The notes: generated by a model not told the origin, from the letters alone. A stretch of DNA of 64,000 nt from an uncultured Gammaproteobacteria bacterium (GCA_964569045.1 CAZMSR010000004.1:6244-70243); one strand, 5' to 3'. Shown: positions 1 through 9,500, counted from the first letter of the stretch. Numbers and translations: made by a program.

Positions 1-1129
1 TGTTATTGTCTAATTCGATAAAAACATCCTTATAGTCATTAATAACTATTTCTGCGATTTTGGAAATCCAAATTTTATTCATAATTCCTAAATTTTTTGA
101 AAATCTAATTGCTCTTCTAATAAGTCTGCGTACTATGTATCCTTGGTCTGTATTATTAGGTCCAACACCTTTTTCGTCGCCAATAATAAATGTAGCAGCT
201 TTTAAATGGTCGGCTATAATTTCAAATTCTTTTTCATGACCTTTGTATTTTTTTTCACTGAGCTCTTCAATTTTTTTGATTGTATTGATAAATAGATCTG
301 TTTCAAATATATTATCTTTTTCTTGAATAATCATTGTTAGGCGCTCTAAGCCGCCACCAAAATCAACATTTTTGCTTGATAATTCACTCCACCCACCATT
401 GTTTTTTTTGTATTGCATAAAAACTGAATTGCCAATTTCTATAAATCTCCCGCAATCACAATTAACATGACAATATTTTCCATATTTAGTGTTGTGTTCT
501 TTGCCTGTGTCATAGAATGTTTCAGAATCCGGTCCTCCTAGCTCACCTACTGCTTCCCCCCTTTGCCACCAGTTTTTATCACAATACGCGAATATTCGTT
601 CAGATTGAAAATTTATTTTTCTGCCGGGTCCTTCCTCTCCCTCGCTTTCTGTGTCCGGACCTATGTTTGCATTAACTCCATGTTTTTTAAATATTTTTAC
701 TAATAAACTTATTGAAGTCCGGTCTCTTTGAATATCTAAGTTTTTGTTGCCAAGGTAAACTGTTTGGTATAGTTTTTCTGGATTAATTTTTAATTCATCT
801 ATTAAGAATTCATACCACCATTCTAATTGTTCTTTTTTAAAATAATCGCCGAGCGACCAATTTCCAAGCATTTCAAAAAATGTGTTGTGTCTATTATCCC
901 CAACTTCATCAATATCTTCTGCTCTAAAGCATTTTTGAAAATTTACTAAACGTTTACCTGCCGGATGTTTTTCCCCAGATAAAAAAGGCACAAGCGGAGA
1001 CATGCCAGAATTGACAAATAAAATAGTAGAGTCATTCTCAGGTAATAAAGAAGCACTGGTAATTATGGTATGCTCTTTGCGTTTAAAGAAATTTAAATAT
1101 TTTTCGCGAATTTCTTTTGAATTTAACAT
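1..1129 (-). CDS. alaS: alanine--tRNA ligase, N-terminal part (gene runs off the window start)
   Basis: Absent from the ORF track because it is open at the window edge. Hand translation of the minus strand from ATG (complement of 1129-1127) gives MLNSKEIREKYLNFFKRKEHTIITSASLLPENDSTILFVNSGMSPLVPFLSGEKHPAGKRLVNFQKCFRAEDIDEVGDNRHNTFFEMLGNWSLGDYFK. This is the conserved AlaRS N-terminal catalytic region. Confidence 0.85.
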   Translation of the reverse strand, partial: MLNSKEIREKYLNFFKRKEHTIITSASLLPENDSTILFVNSGMSPLVPFLSGEKHPAGKRLVNFQKCFRAEDIDEVGDNRHNTFFEMLGNWSLGDYFKKEQLEWWYEFLIDELKINPEKLYQTVYLGNKNLDIQRDRTSISLLVKIFKKHGVNANIGPDTESEGEEGPGRKINFQSERIFAYCDKNWWQRGEAVGELGGPDSETFYDTGKEHNTKYGKYCHVNCDCGRFIEIGNSVFMQYKKNNGGWSELSSKNVDFGGGLERLTMIIQEKDNIFETDLFINTIKKIEELSEKKYKGHEKEFEIIADHLKAATFIIGDEKGVGPNNTDQGYIVRRLIRRAIRFSKNLGIMNKIWISKIAEIVINDYKDVFIELDNN

Positions 1130-1131
1130 AT

Positions 1132-2523
1132 TTATTTTCTATTATATATATCATCGTAACGAATAATGTCGTCTTCTTCAAGGTAGTTGCCGGTTTGCAC
1201 CTCAATAATTTCTAGATTTATTTTTCCAGGGTTTTCTAACCTATGATTGGTATACGATGGGATAAACGTACTTTCATTTTCTTTTAATATTTCTTCTTTT
1301 GATCCATTTATAATTTTAGCAACTCCTTTGACAACTATCCAGTGTTCAGCTCTGTGATAATGTGCTTGATGGCTTAATTTTTCTCCCGGGTATACTGTTA
1401 TTTTTTTGGCTTTGTGCTTGTGTCCATTCATTAGTATTTCATATTTTCCCCATGGTCGATGAATGATGAGGTTGTGTTCAAGTTCTTTTATTTTTTTTTC
1501 TTTAAGTGTTTCTACTATATTTTTAACTGAAGAGCTTTGTCCTTTTTTTTGGATAAGAATAGAATCACTAGTTTCAATAATTATTAAATCGCTTACTCCA
1601 ACAGTAGCTATGACGCGATTATTTTCAGAATGAGAAAAAATATTGTAAGAGTTATGAGAAATTAATTTTTTGTTATTTTTTATTACATCTGAAAGAGCAT
1701 CAAATGATCCAATATCAGTCCACCCAAAATCACCCTCAAAAACTATAACTTTGTTTGATTTTTCAGCTATTGCGTAATCTATTGAAATATTAGGTAATAT
1801 ATTGAAATTTTGTTTAAAATATTCATGGGATTTTTTGAATATATTGTATACATCCGGGCAGTGGAGTTTGATTTCATGAATAAATGATTTGCTGTTGAAT
1901 ATGTACATACCTGCATTCCATGTATAGTTTCCGCTTTTCATGTATTCTTCAGCATTATGTTTATTTGGTTTTTCTATAAATGCATCAACTAGGAAGTAAT
2001 TTTCTTTTTTTTGTCCTTTTTTTATATACCCATAGTTTACTTCAGGACGTGTTGGTGTGATGCCTATGGTCCCAATATTGTTGTTGATTTCATGTTTTGC
2101 AATGGATAGTAACTCCGTGTATGCTTTATTATTTTTAATATAGTGATCAGATGGCAACACAACAATGGATTCATTTGGATTAATATGCTTAACATCTGTA
2201 AGGTATTTAACGGCAAGAGTAATGGCCGGTGCTGTATTTAGACTAGATGGCTCAATTAATATATTGTTTTTGGGGAAGTTGTTATAAATATCTCTAATTT
2301 GGTTAAAAACATTAAAAAAATTTTCTTCATTGGTTATAAAAAAAATATTTTCAGCATTTATCAATTTATTTATGCGTAAAAAAGTTTCTTGGAGTAAGGA
2401 GTTTTTTGAGTATAACTTGAGAAATTGTTTTGGGTAATTTTTTCTGCTTAGTGGCCATAATCTGGTTCCAGAACCACCGCAGAGAATAATTGCTCGCATG
2501 CATTTTGTACCATGTTTAATCAA
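1132..2523 (-). CDS. manC: mannose-1-phosphate guanylyltransferase / mannose-6-phosphate isomerase (ManC/CpsB type)
   Basis: 463-aa ORF. N-terminal nucleotidyltransferase motif RAIILCGGSGTRLWPLSRKNYPKQFL and a C-terminal cupin (HRPWGKYEIL...HYHRAEHWIVVKG). The true start is probably the internal Met at 2499 (MRAIILCGG). Confidence 0.85.
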   Translation of the reverse strand: MIKHGTKCMRAIILCGGSGTRLWPLSRKNYPKQFLKLYSKNSLLQETFLRINKLINAENIFFITNEENFFNVFNQIRDIYNNFPKNNILIEPSSLNTAPAITLAVKYLTDVKHINPNESIVVLPSDHYIKNNKAYTELLSIAKHEINNNIGTIGITPTRPEVNYGYIKKGQKKENYFLVDAFIEKPNKHNAEEYMKSGNYTWNAGMYIFNSKSFIHEIKLHCPDVYNIFKKSHEYFKQNFNILPNISIDYAIAEKSNKVIVFEGDFGWTDIGSFDALSDVIKNNKKLISHNSYNIFSHSENNRVIATVGVSDLIIIETSDSILIQKKGQSSSVKNIVETLKEKKIKELEHNLIIHRPWGKYEILMNGHKHKAKKITVYPGEKLSHQAHYHRAEHWIVVKGVAKIINGSKEEILKENESTFIPSYTNHRLENPGKINLEIIEVQTGNYLEEDDIIRYDDIYNRK

Positions 2524-2530
2524 CTATTAG

Positions 2531-2570
2531 AAAAATATTTTTATCTTTAAGCGTTAATTGAGGATGGTAT
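2531..2570. repeat. solo end of the TATAC-type intergenic repeat family
   Basis: AAAAATATTTTTATCTTTAAGCGTTAATTGAGGATGGTAT is about 37/40 identical (by eye) to 5711-5750. No matching left arm was found nearby. Confidence 0.6.
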
Positions 2571-2707
2571 TGTGTTTATAATTTAAAGTCAAAGTAATAT
2601 TATCAGACGCTTTATTGTTTAGCAAACAATAAAATTTTTTGCTGTTTTGTACAACTTGGTTGTATATTGATTATGAGATACTATTGTTTAGATTATTATT
2701 AATTTTT

Positions 2708-3547
2708 TTAAATTAAACCAAAAACAATAATTATAAAAGCTAATACAAATCGATAGTAAGCAAAAGTTTTAAGTGTGTGCCTTTCAGCAAATTTTATAAA
2801 GTATTTTATGGCAAGGAATCCGGAAATAAAAGCTGATAAAAAAGCTACAATTAAAACTGATAACTCAGTTTGCGAAATATTTACATTTAAAATCATTGGT
2901 ATTTTGGTTATTGCCGCCCCTGTAATTATTGGTATTGACAAGAGGAAGGAAAAACGAATCGCTTCTTCGCGCTTTAAATTATTAGCTAATCCTGCTACAA
3001 TAGTAATGCCTGATCTGGAGGTGCCTGGAATTAATGCTATGGTTTGAGCAAAGCCGATTGTGAGTGCAGATTTTAAGTTAATTTCTTTAATTGTTTTATA
3101 TTGGTTTGATTTTTTTTCTATAATTATAAATAGAACACCAATAAAAATTAACATTATTGCTACAGTTTCTGCTGAGCGTAAAAATTTTATAATAGAATTT
3201 TCTAAAAAATAACCGGCTAGAGCTGCTGGTACTGTGCTTGCAATAATTAGTAAGCTTAAGCGGGAGTATGGATTTATTTTTCTTTTTTCTTTATCTAGGT
3301 TATTAAAAAAACCTATTATTAATTTTAATATATCATTTTTAAAAAAAATAATTACAGCAAATAGGGTTGCTAGGTGAAGATAAACATCAAAAAGCATTTC
3401 ATTTATTATTGGTAGATTAAATAATTCATGAAGTAGCACTAAGTGGCCGGAACTTGACACTGGAAGAAATTCTGTTAATCCTTGGGTGATGCCAAAAATA
3501 ATAGCATACAAATAATTCATATAATAAATTTGATTTACAAAAATCAT
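2708..3547 (-). CDS. uppP: undecaprenyl-diphosphate phosphatase (BacA/UppP)
   Basis: 279-aa polytopic ORF with the UppP signatures GITQGLTEFLPVSSSGHL and IPGTSRSGITI. The likely start is the Met at 3520 (MNYLYAIIFG). Confidence 0.9.
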   Translation of the reverse strand: MIFVNQIYYMNYLYAIIFGITQGLTEFLPVSSSGHLVLLHELFNLPIINEMLFDVYLHLATLFAVIIFFKNDILKLIIGFFNNLDKEKRKINPYSRLSLLIIASTVPAALAGYFLENSIIKFLRSAETVAIMLIFIGVLFIIIEKKSNQYKTIKEINLKSALTIGFAQTIALIPGTSRSGITIVAGLANNLKREEAIRFSFLLSIPIITGAAITKIPMILNVNISQTELSVLIVAFLSAFISGFLAIKYFIKFAERHTLKTFAYYRFVLAFIIIVFGLI

Positions 3548-3586
3548 GAATATTTTTTGATTTTTGCTTTATTCAATTAATTAATT

Positions 3587-4027
3587 ATGTACTTAATAAT
3601 AATTTTGCCAATAATTTCAGGTGTTTTTATTGCCCAAACCATTAAAATTTTGACTCGGATATTTAAGAAAGAAAAAGTGACTTGGAAACAATATTTAGCT
3701 TATTCCGGTATGCCGTCCGGGCATTCGGCTATGGTGGTGTCACTCACCACTATAATAGGTTTACGTGAGGGGGTTGATTCGGCAATTTTTGGGCTATCCT
3801 TTATTTTTGCTTTTTTAGTAATTCGGGATGCTGTTGGATTAAGACAGTATTTAGGACAGCATGGCAAGACTTTGAATATCTTGGTTAATGATTTAAAAGA
3901 TGACCATGTTCTTGAGCATCAGTACCCCCATTTATTGGAGAGAATTGGGCATACTCCATTGCAGGTTGTTATTGGCAGTTTAATAGGATTTTTAGTTAGT
4001 GTAGTTGGGTATTTAATTACTATTTAG
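3587..4027 (+). CDS. divergent PAP2-family membrane protein (acid phosphatase/vanadium haloperoxidase-related, DUF212-like)
   Basis: 146-aa membrane ORF with YSGMPSGHSAMVVSL and RDAVGLRQ motifs typical of this family. It is divergently paired with uppP. Confidence 0.7.
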   Translation: MYLIIILPIISGVFIAQTIKILTRIFKKEKVTWKQYLAYSGMPSGHSAMVVSLTTIIGLREGVDSAIFGLSFIFAFLVIRDAVGLRQYLGQHGKTLNILVNDLKDDHVLEHQYPHLLERIGHTPLQVVIGSLIGFLVSVVGYLITI

Positions 4028-4031
4028 TGAT

Positions 4032-5582
4032 TTAAAGTGCTCTAGAATAATGATTTTTTAAAAACGTATCGTTTGTTTTTATGTCTAGTAGCTTAAGGAT
4101 TGTGTGGGCAACGTCATTTAAGGAACCGGTTGTTCTTAAAAGGCTTAGGTCTTCTTCATTTAATTCAAATTGATTTATGTTCTTTCCTTCATATTTTTTG
4201 TTGATAATTAAAAAAGGGACAGAATGATCGGTGTGTTCTGTTTCAATTGTTTCTATTAATGGATTATACATATATTCAGCATTTCCAAAAGCTGATGTTA
4301 TTAGTAGTGTGCCATTTTTTTTAATTGTTTGATTGTATATTATGCCAATTTGTTCATCAATTTTTTCTATGGCTTTAATTGTCTTATTTATATTTCCTGT
4401 ATGAGCTGCTGTGTCAATTAAGTTGTAAGTTGTAATTATTAAATGATATTTATTGGTGTTTATTTGATTAATTAGTTCTTTTGTGATTTTTATGATATTA
4501 TTTTTTTGATTTAATGTAGTGCTATTTGGTATTAGGATTGTGCTTGTGTTTTTGTTATTTTCTGAGTTTGCACCTAAAAAATACTCCATAAATGCTAGTG
4601 ACTTACTGTCTGTAATTATTAATTGATTTTTGTTGTTTTCTGAAATTAATGAATTTAGTGATAATTGTTTGTTGTTTTTTTGTGTAAAAAAATCATTGTT
4701 TACTATGTGGCCTTTTGATGTAAAAATATTTAAGTGTAAATTTTTGTCGGTTGATTTTTTTTTAAATTTATTAAATTTTTTGCTATAAATTGAATGAAGT
4801 AATTGCCTTAGTTCATATAGATTATTATTAATAAATAGCAAACAATCATTTTTTTTAATTTGTCCTATCGGTATATTTTCTTTGCTTGCTATAATTGGTG
4901 TGATCTCATTATCATTTATAGAACTGTTGTAGTTTTTTAAAATTGAGTCAATTATAGAATTAGTTAAATTACCTGAATTTTCTATTAGTGCTTTGTATGT
5001 TTTTTCTGTTCTTATATAATAGTTTTTTGTGTCTAGAGCATAAAAACCGCCAATTACACTGCAGAGTTTAATTTTATTTTTTATTATTTTCTCTAAATTT
5101 TTTATTAATTCAAAGCCTTCTTTTTTAAAGTTATTTTTGTTATTAAGAAAAATATGTAAAAATATTTTTTTTATATTTTTTTGTTTTAATATTTCTATAA
5201 ATAAAACTATGTTGGATGTAATAGAATTTTCATGCTTTGAATTTATGGAGCTAAATAAATGTATGCTTGATTTATTCTTTGCTGCATGATTTATTGTTTT
5301 TTTTATACATAGATCATTTATTATATCTGACTTTAATAAAGTGATTGGTTGATTTATCGTGTGTTCGTTATTATTCTGTCCAAGAGCTTGATAGTTGGTG
5401 ATTGTATTGTATATTGGATTGGCTGAATTTGCAGTTGATAAAGTAGTAGCAGGATATGTAGAAAATAGTGATTTAAAATTTGGTGTTTTTGCATTTAAAA
5501 TTGCATTTCCGTCGTATTTTTGAAAAATACCCCAACCTTCGATATTAAGTAGTACTAATGGCTTGGTTTGTTTGTTTGTCAT
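4032..5582 (-). CDS. degenerate paralogue of cofactor-independent phosphoglycerate mutase (probable pseudoenzyme)
   Basis: 516 aa, collinear with the neighbouring gpmI: LVLLNIEGWG vs LIILDGWG, IDTAAHTGN vs APDMIGHTGN, EHTDHSVPFLI vs HSTNQVPFII. The catalytic Ser motif GNSEAGH is replaced by ANSANPI, SDGRDS by LNNKNN, and ADHGN by SAFGN. Confidence 0.75.
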   Translation of the reverse strand: MTNKQTKPLVLLNIEGWGIFQKYDGNAILNAKTPNFKSLFSTYPATTLSTANSANPIYNTITNYQALGQNNNEHTINQPITLLKSDIINDLCIKKTINHAAKNKSSIHLFSSINSKHENSITSNIVLFIEILKQKNIKKIFLHIFLNNKNNFKKEGFELIKNLEKIIKNKIKLCSVIGGFYALDTKNYYIRTEKTYKALIENSGNLTNSIIDSILKNYNSSINDNEITPIIASKENIPIGQIKKNDCLLFINNNLYELRQLLHSIYSKKFNKFKKKSTDKNLHLNIFTSKGHIVNNDFFTQKNNKQLSLNSLISENNKNQLIITDSKSLAFMEYFLGANSENNKNTSTILIPNSTTLNQKNNIIKITKELINQINTNKYHLIITTYNLIDTAAHTGNINKTIKAIEKIDEQIGIIYNQTIKKNGTLLITSAFGNAEYMYNPLIETIETEHTDHSVPFLIINKKYEGKNINQFELNEEDLSLLRTTGSLNDVAHTILKLLDIKTNDTFLKNHYSRAL

Positions 5583-5592
5583 TTTTGTTTCA

Positions 5593-5750
5593 ATACCATT
5601 TTCTGCTAACTATCAGGAAAGAATTCCTGAGTTTCAGTTGCAAAACTAACCTCGTGCTCAACATAATTTATTATGATTCGCACGCCGACTTTTTTTTCGC
5701 ACGAAATTCAAAAATATTTTTATTTTTAAGCGTTAATTCCGGATGGTATA
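5593..5750. repeat. TATAC-type intergenic repeat, uninterrupted copy
   Basis: Arms are ATACCAT (5593-5599) and ATGGTAT (5743-5749), with additional partial pairing. The interior aligns with 19598-19742 plus 19903-19926 (CAACATAAT..., GAAATT.A.AAAT.TTTTTATT, GTTAATT..GGA.GGTATA). It fills the whole gap between gpmI and its paralogue. Confidence 0.6.
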
Positions 5751-5755
5751 ATTTT

Positions 5756-7354
5756 CTATTTAATGAGTGATCTTGCGGTCATTGTAGTTGGTTTTTTTTC
5801 GTTTAGGATGTCTAGAATTGTTGGGGCTATATTTCCTAAGTATCCATTATTTTTTAGTACTAAAGAATTTTTTAGTTTTTTATTTACAATTATAAAGGGT
5901 ACTTGGTTTGTTGAATGCTTTGTGTTAATTTCGTTAGTTTCAAGATTAATCATTTCTTCGATATTACCATGATCGGCAGTTATTACAATAGTGCCTTCCA
6001 TTTGTAAGTAAGCTTTAACTATCCGTTTTAAGCACAAATCAATTATTTCGCAGCATTTAACGCCGGCCTCTATGTTGCCAGTATGACCAATCATATCCGG
6101 AGCTGCAAAGTTTAATGTAGTGAAATCATTGTGCCATATTAAATTATTTTTTCTTTTAGGAGTTAAAGTAAAAGATTTATGTCTTAAGTTATTAATGACT
6201 ATGTTTGTGAGCTTTATTGAGCTCATTTCCGGGGTTTCTTCGTAGTGTTTGATGTTTGGCGACGGAATCACTTTCCAGGTTTCGTTTGATAAGGGAGCAT
6301 TATAACCTCCATTAAAAAAATAAGTTACGTGAGCATATTTTTCTTTTTCTGCTACATAGAGCTGCCTGTAATTTTTTAAGATAATAGGTAAAGTGTCTTT
6401 TAATTCTATGCCATGAAATGCAGTTTCTATGCTATCTAAATCCGGACCAAAATCAGTCATTGTTACAAATTTTAAGTTTTTTAATACTTTTTTTCTCTTG
6501 AATGAATTTGGATTTTTTTTATTAAACTCTTTTTGAGTGAAACATTTAGTTAGTTGTCTTGCTCGATCTGAGCGTAAATTAAAGAATATTACTGCATCAT
6601 TATTATCTACTCTGGGCAGTAGCTTTTTTTTGTTCTTCATTACAAATGGCTCTATAAATTCATCTGTAATGCCAGCATTGTAGCTTTGAGTTATGGCCGC
6701 TTGAGGGCTATTTGCCGTATTTGCTTCTCCAAGTACAAGAGCATTATATGCTAATTTAGTATTATTCCAGTTTTTTTTTCTGTCCATCCCATAGTATCTA
6801 CCCATAATTGTAGAGATTTTTTTTTCGCCTCTTAGAGAGTCTCTTTCAATTGAGCTAATAAATTTTAAAGCTCCTCTTGGTGAAGAGTCTCTTCCATCAG
6901 AGAAAAGATGCAAGTATGTTTCTTTTACGTTTTCTTTTTCAGAAAGATTAATTAGCATTTTTAAGTGCTCTGGGCTTGAGTGAGGGCTCATTTTCCCAGA
7001 AGCAAGTCCCATGATATGTAATTTGCTTTTATTTTTTTTAACATGTTTAATAGCATTTATAAAAGCATTGTTTTTGAAAAAGAGTCCTTTTTTTATTGAG
7101 CTATCAATTCTTATTGATTCTTGTTCTACTATTCTTCCTGCTCCTATATTTATATGACCTGCTTCTGAGTTTCCATCTTGACCTTTGGGCAAACCGACAT
7201 ATTTTCCATGAGCGTAGATAGTAGTATTTGGAAAAGTTTTTAGAAGATTGTCAAAAAATGGAGTTTTTGATAATGTGATAGCATTGCCTTTTGTTGGATT
7301 TGCAACTCCCCATCCATCAAGTATTATTAGAATTAGTGGTAAAACGTTTGACAT
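5756..7354 (-). CDS. gpmI: 2,3-bisphosphoglycerate-independent phosphoglycerate mutase
   Basis: 532-aa ORF with all iPGM signatures: LIILDGWG, GNSEAGHINIGAGR, HLFSDGRDSSP, APDMIGHTGN, ITADHGNIEEM. Confidence 0.93.
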   Translation of the reverse strand: MSNVLPLILIILDGWGVANPTKGNAITLSKTPFFDNLLKTFPNTTIYAHGKYVGLPKGQDGNSEAGHINIGAGRIVEQESIRIDSSIKKGLFFKNNAFINAIKHVKKNKSKLHIMGLASGKMSPHSSPEHLKMLINLSEKENVKETYLHLFSDGRDSSPRGALKFISSIERDSLRGEKKISTIMGRYYGMDRKKNWNNTKLAYNALVLGEANTANSPQAAITQSYNAGITDEFIEPFVMKNKKKLLPRVDNNDAVIFFNLRSDRARQLTKCFTQKEFNKKNPNSFKRKKVLKNLKFVTMTDFGPDLDSIETAFHGIELKDTLPIILKNYRQLYVAEKEKYAHVTYFFNGGYNAPLSNETWKVIPSPNIKHYEETPEMSSIKLTNIVINNLRHKSFTLTPKRKNNLIWHNDFTTLNFAAPDMIGHTGNIEAGVKCCEIIDLCLKRIVKAYLQMEGTIVITADHGNIEEMINLETNEINTKHSTNQVPFIIVNKKLKNSLVLKNNGYLGNIAPTILDILNEKKPTTMTARSLIK

Positions 7355-7414
7355 AGCTGCTTTTTGATAATATTGTAAGAGATTTTTTTTGGTCGCAAGA
7401 AGTAAAAAAGTGTG

Positions 7415-7436
7415 AAAAAACCCATACAGGTTTTTT
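7415..7436 (-). terminator. weak bidirectional hairpin downstream of eno
   Basis: AAAAAACC-CATACA-GGTTTTTT lies 34 nt after the eno stop. The stem is A/T-rich, so the call is tentative. Confidence 0.35.
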
Positions 7437-7469
7437 ATTTTATATTATTATTTTTAAATTAGTAACTAT

Positions 7470-8732
7470 TTATTTTAATAGTTCTTCAATTTTCATCAAT
7501 CTGTTATATTTTGCTAAACGTTCACTGCGTGATAGTGAACCAGCTTTGATATAGTCTGCGCATACTCCAACTGCTAGGTCAGAAATAAAACTATCACAAG
7601 TTTCTCCACTTCTGTGCGATATCATTATTTTGTGATTATTAGCTTTGGCTAATTTGATGCATTGGATTGTTTCTGTAAGTGACCCTACTTGGTTTGGTTT
7701 AATTAAGATTGTATTAGCTGCTTTATTTTCTATTCCTTTGCATAATCTATCAATATTTGTGACAAATAAATCATCTCCAATTATTAGAATTTTTTTGCCC
7801 ATTTTTTTGTTCCATTCTTGCCATCCTAGCCAATCATCTTCAGCTAAGCCATCTTCTATAGAGATAATAGGATATCTAGAAAGCCAATTTTCATAGAGGT
7901 TAATTAAATTTGTTGAGCTAAAATATGAGCTATCTAGACGAAAAATGTATTTTTTTGTTTTTCGATTATAAAGTTCACTGGACCCAACATCAATACCAAT
8001 ACCAATGTCTTTTTTTGGGGTGAGGCCTGTTTTTATAATGGCTGACATAATAAAATCAAGAGCGTCAACGCTCGAATTAATATCAGGAGCATATCCTCCT
8101 TCATTCCCTGTGTCAGTATCTAGTCCGTTTTTTTTTAAAATATCCCCTAGTTTATGAAAAATTTCTGCACCTATTCTTACTTTTTCTTTGAATTTTATTT
8201 TATTATTTATTGGAATTATTAAAAATTCTTGAAAATCTAGATTAGTGTCGCCATGTTTTCCTCCATTAAAAATATTAAAACATGGAGTTGGTATTTTAAA
8301 ATTGCTAGGTGAAAAATTATATTTTGTGGCAATATATTTAAATAATTCAATTTTTTTTGATTTTGCAGAAGCCCTGGCACAAGCAAGAGAAACTGAAAGT
8401 ATGGAATTAGCACCTAAATTTTTTTTGTTGCTTGTACTGTCAAGTTCGTTCATTATTTGGTCAATAACTTCTTGCCTGTAGACACTAATATTTTTAAGTT
8501 TTGGAAAAATTTTTTTATTTACATTGTTAACAGCCTTTAAAACCCCCATTCCCCTATATCGTGATTTATCACAATCTCTTAATTCAAAAGCTTCATGAGA
8601 ACCTGTTGATGATCCTGATGGTACACTAGCACTAGCAAATATTCTATTACTAAGAATTATTTCAGTCTCTATTGTTGGGTTGCCTCTTGAGTCTAATATC
8701 TCCCTGGCTTGTATTTTTTTTATTTTTGACAT
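7470..8732 (-). CDS. eno: enolase
   Basis: 420 aa with ILDSRGNPTIE, DDLFVTN, IKPNQVGSLTET and SHRSGET motifs. Confidence 0.95.
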   Translation of the reverse strand: MSKIKKIQAREILDSRGNPTIETEIILSNRIFASASVPSGSSTGSHEAFELRDCDKSRYRGMGVLKAVNNVNKKIFPKLKNISVYRQEVIDQIMNELDSTSNKKNLGANSILSVSLACARASAKSKKIELFKYIATKYNFSPSNFKIPTPCFNIFNGGKHGDTNLDFQEFLIIPINNKIKFKEKVRIGAEIFHKLGDILKKNGLDTDTGNEGGYAPDINSSVDALDFIMSAIIKTGLTPKKDIGIGIDVGSSELYNRKTKKYIFRLDSSYFSSTNLINLYENWLSRYPIISIEDGLAEDDWLGWQEWNKKMGKKILIIGDDLFVTNIDRLCKGIENKAANTILIKPNQVGSLTETIQCIKLAKANNHKIMISHRSGETCDSFISDLAVGVCADYIKAGSLSRSERLAKYNRLMKIEELLK

Positions 8733-8747
8733 TTTATATTTTATTAT

Positions 8748-9500
8748 CTAGTGGATTTCATATTCAACAGTTGCGTTTATTTTGATGGTTTCCGCGCCAG
8801 CCTCTAATTCCGGAACTATTTTGTTTATTTGTGAATCTTCAATAGTGGCATATGATTTCATGATTGGGAAAGACCGTGAGTTGCTTTGCTCTGAAAAGCT
8901 GAGTACTTTTCCAAGTTTTACTTCCATTACATCAGCTAATGACTTGGCTTTTTGTTTAGCATTTTTTAATGCTATTATTCGTGCTTCTTGTTTTAAAGTT
9001 TCTTTATTGTCAATTGAAAAATTTAAATCACCAACTTGATTAAAATTGTATTCACCAGCTATTTGCAGAATTTTGTTAATTTTTGTTAGATTAGTTGTTT
9101 TTATTTTTATATTTTGACTTACTATGTATCCTTTTAGAATTCTTTCTCCATCTTTCCAGTCATAGCGTGGATTAATGTTGTAATTTGTGGTTTTAATATT
9201 TTTTTTATCAAGCTTTATTTCATTTTTAAGTTTATTAATTACTGTATTTATTGTTTTTGAATTTATATTTTGCGCTGTATTAATTGATTCATCTTCTGTT
9301 GATAAGCCAATATTGATAGTGACAGTATCTGGTATTCCAATAACTTTTCCTTCGCCTTGCACGGTAATTGAGTTTCTTTGCTCTTCTGTGATGCCAATGA
9401 ATGCATATTTTTTTAAGGCGTTGCGAGAAAGTATGCCAATATAAAATGATGTGATAATAAGAGTAATGCTGATAGTAAGTAATGCTAATTTATGGAACAT
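8748..9500 (-). CDS. SIMPL/DUF541-family secreted protein
   Basis: 250 aa. An N-terminal signal/anchor is followed by ITVQGEGKVIGIPDTVTINIGLSTEDES and a C-terminal ELEAGAETIKINATVEYEI pattern typical of the 26-kDa periplasmic immunogenic protein family. Confidence 0.65.
   Translation of the reverse strand: MFHKLALLTISITLIITSFYIGILSRNALKKYAFIGITEEQRNSITVQGEGKVIGIPDTVTINIGLSTEDESINTAQNINSKTINTVINKLKNEIKLDKKNIKTTNYNINPRYDWKDGERILKGYIVSQNIKIKTTNLTKINKILQIAGEYNFNQVGDLNFSIDNKETLKQEARIIALKNAKQKAKSLADVMEVKLGKVLSFSEQSNSRSFPIMKSYATIEDSQINKIVPELEAGAETIKINATVEYEIH

Noticed and set aside
5558-5770. 70-aa ORF at 5558..5770 and 72-aa ORF at 19576..19794 lying in intergenic repeats
   Set aside because: Their similarity is at the nucleotide level and includes inverted-repeat arms. 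The translations are low-complexity Phe/Leu/Ser strings with non-ATG or weak starts. The repeat-element explanation is better.
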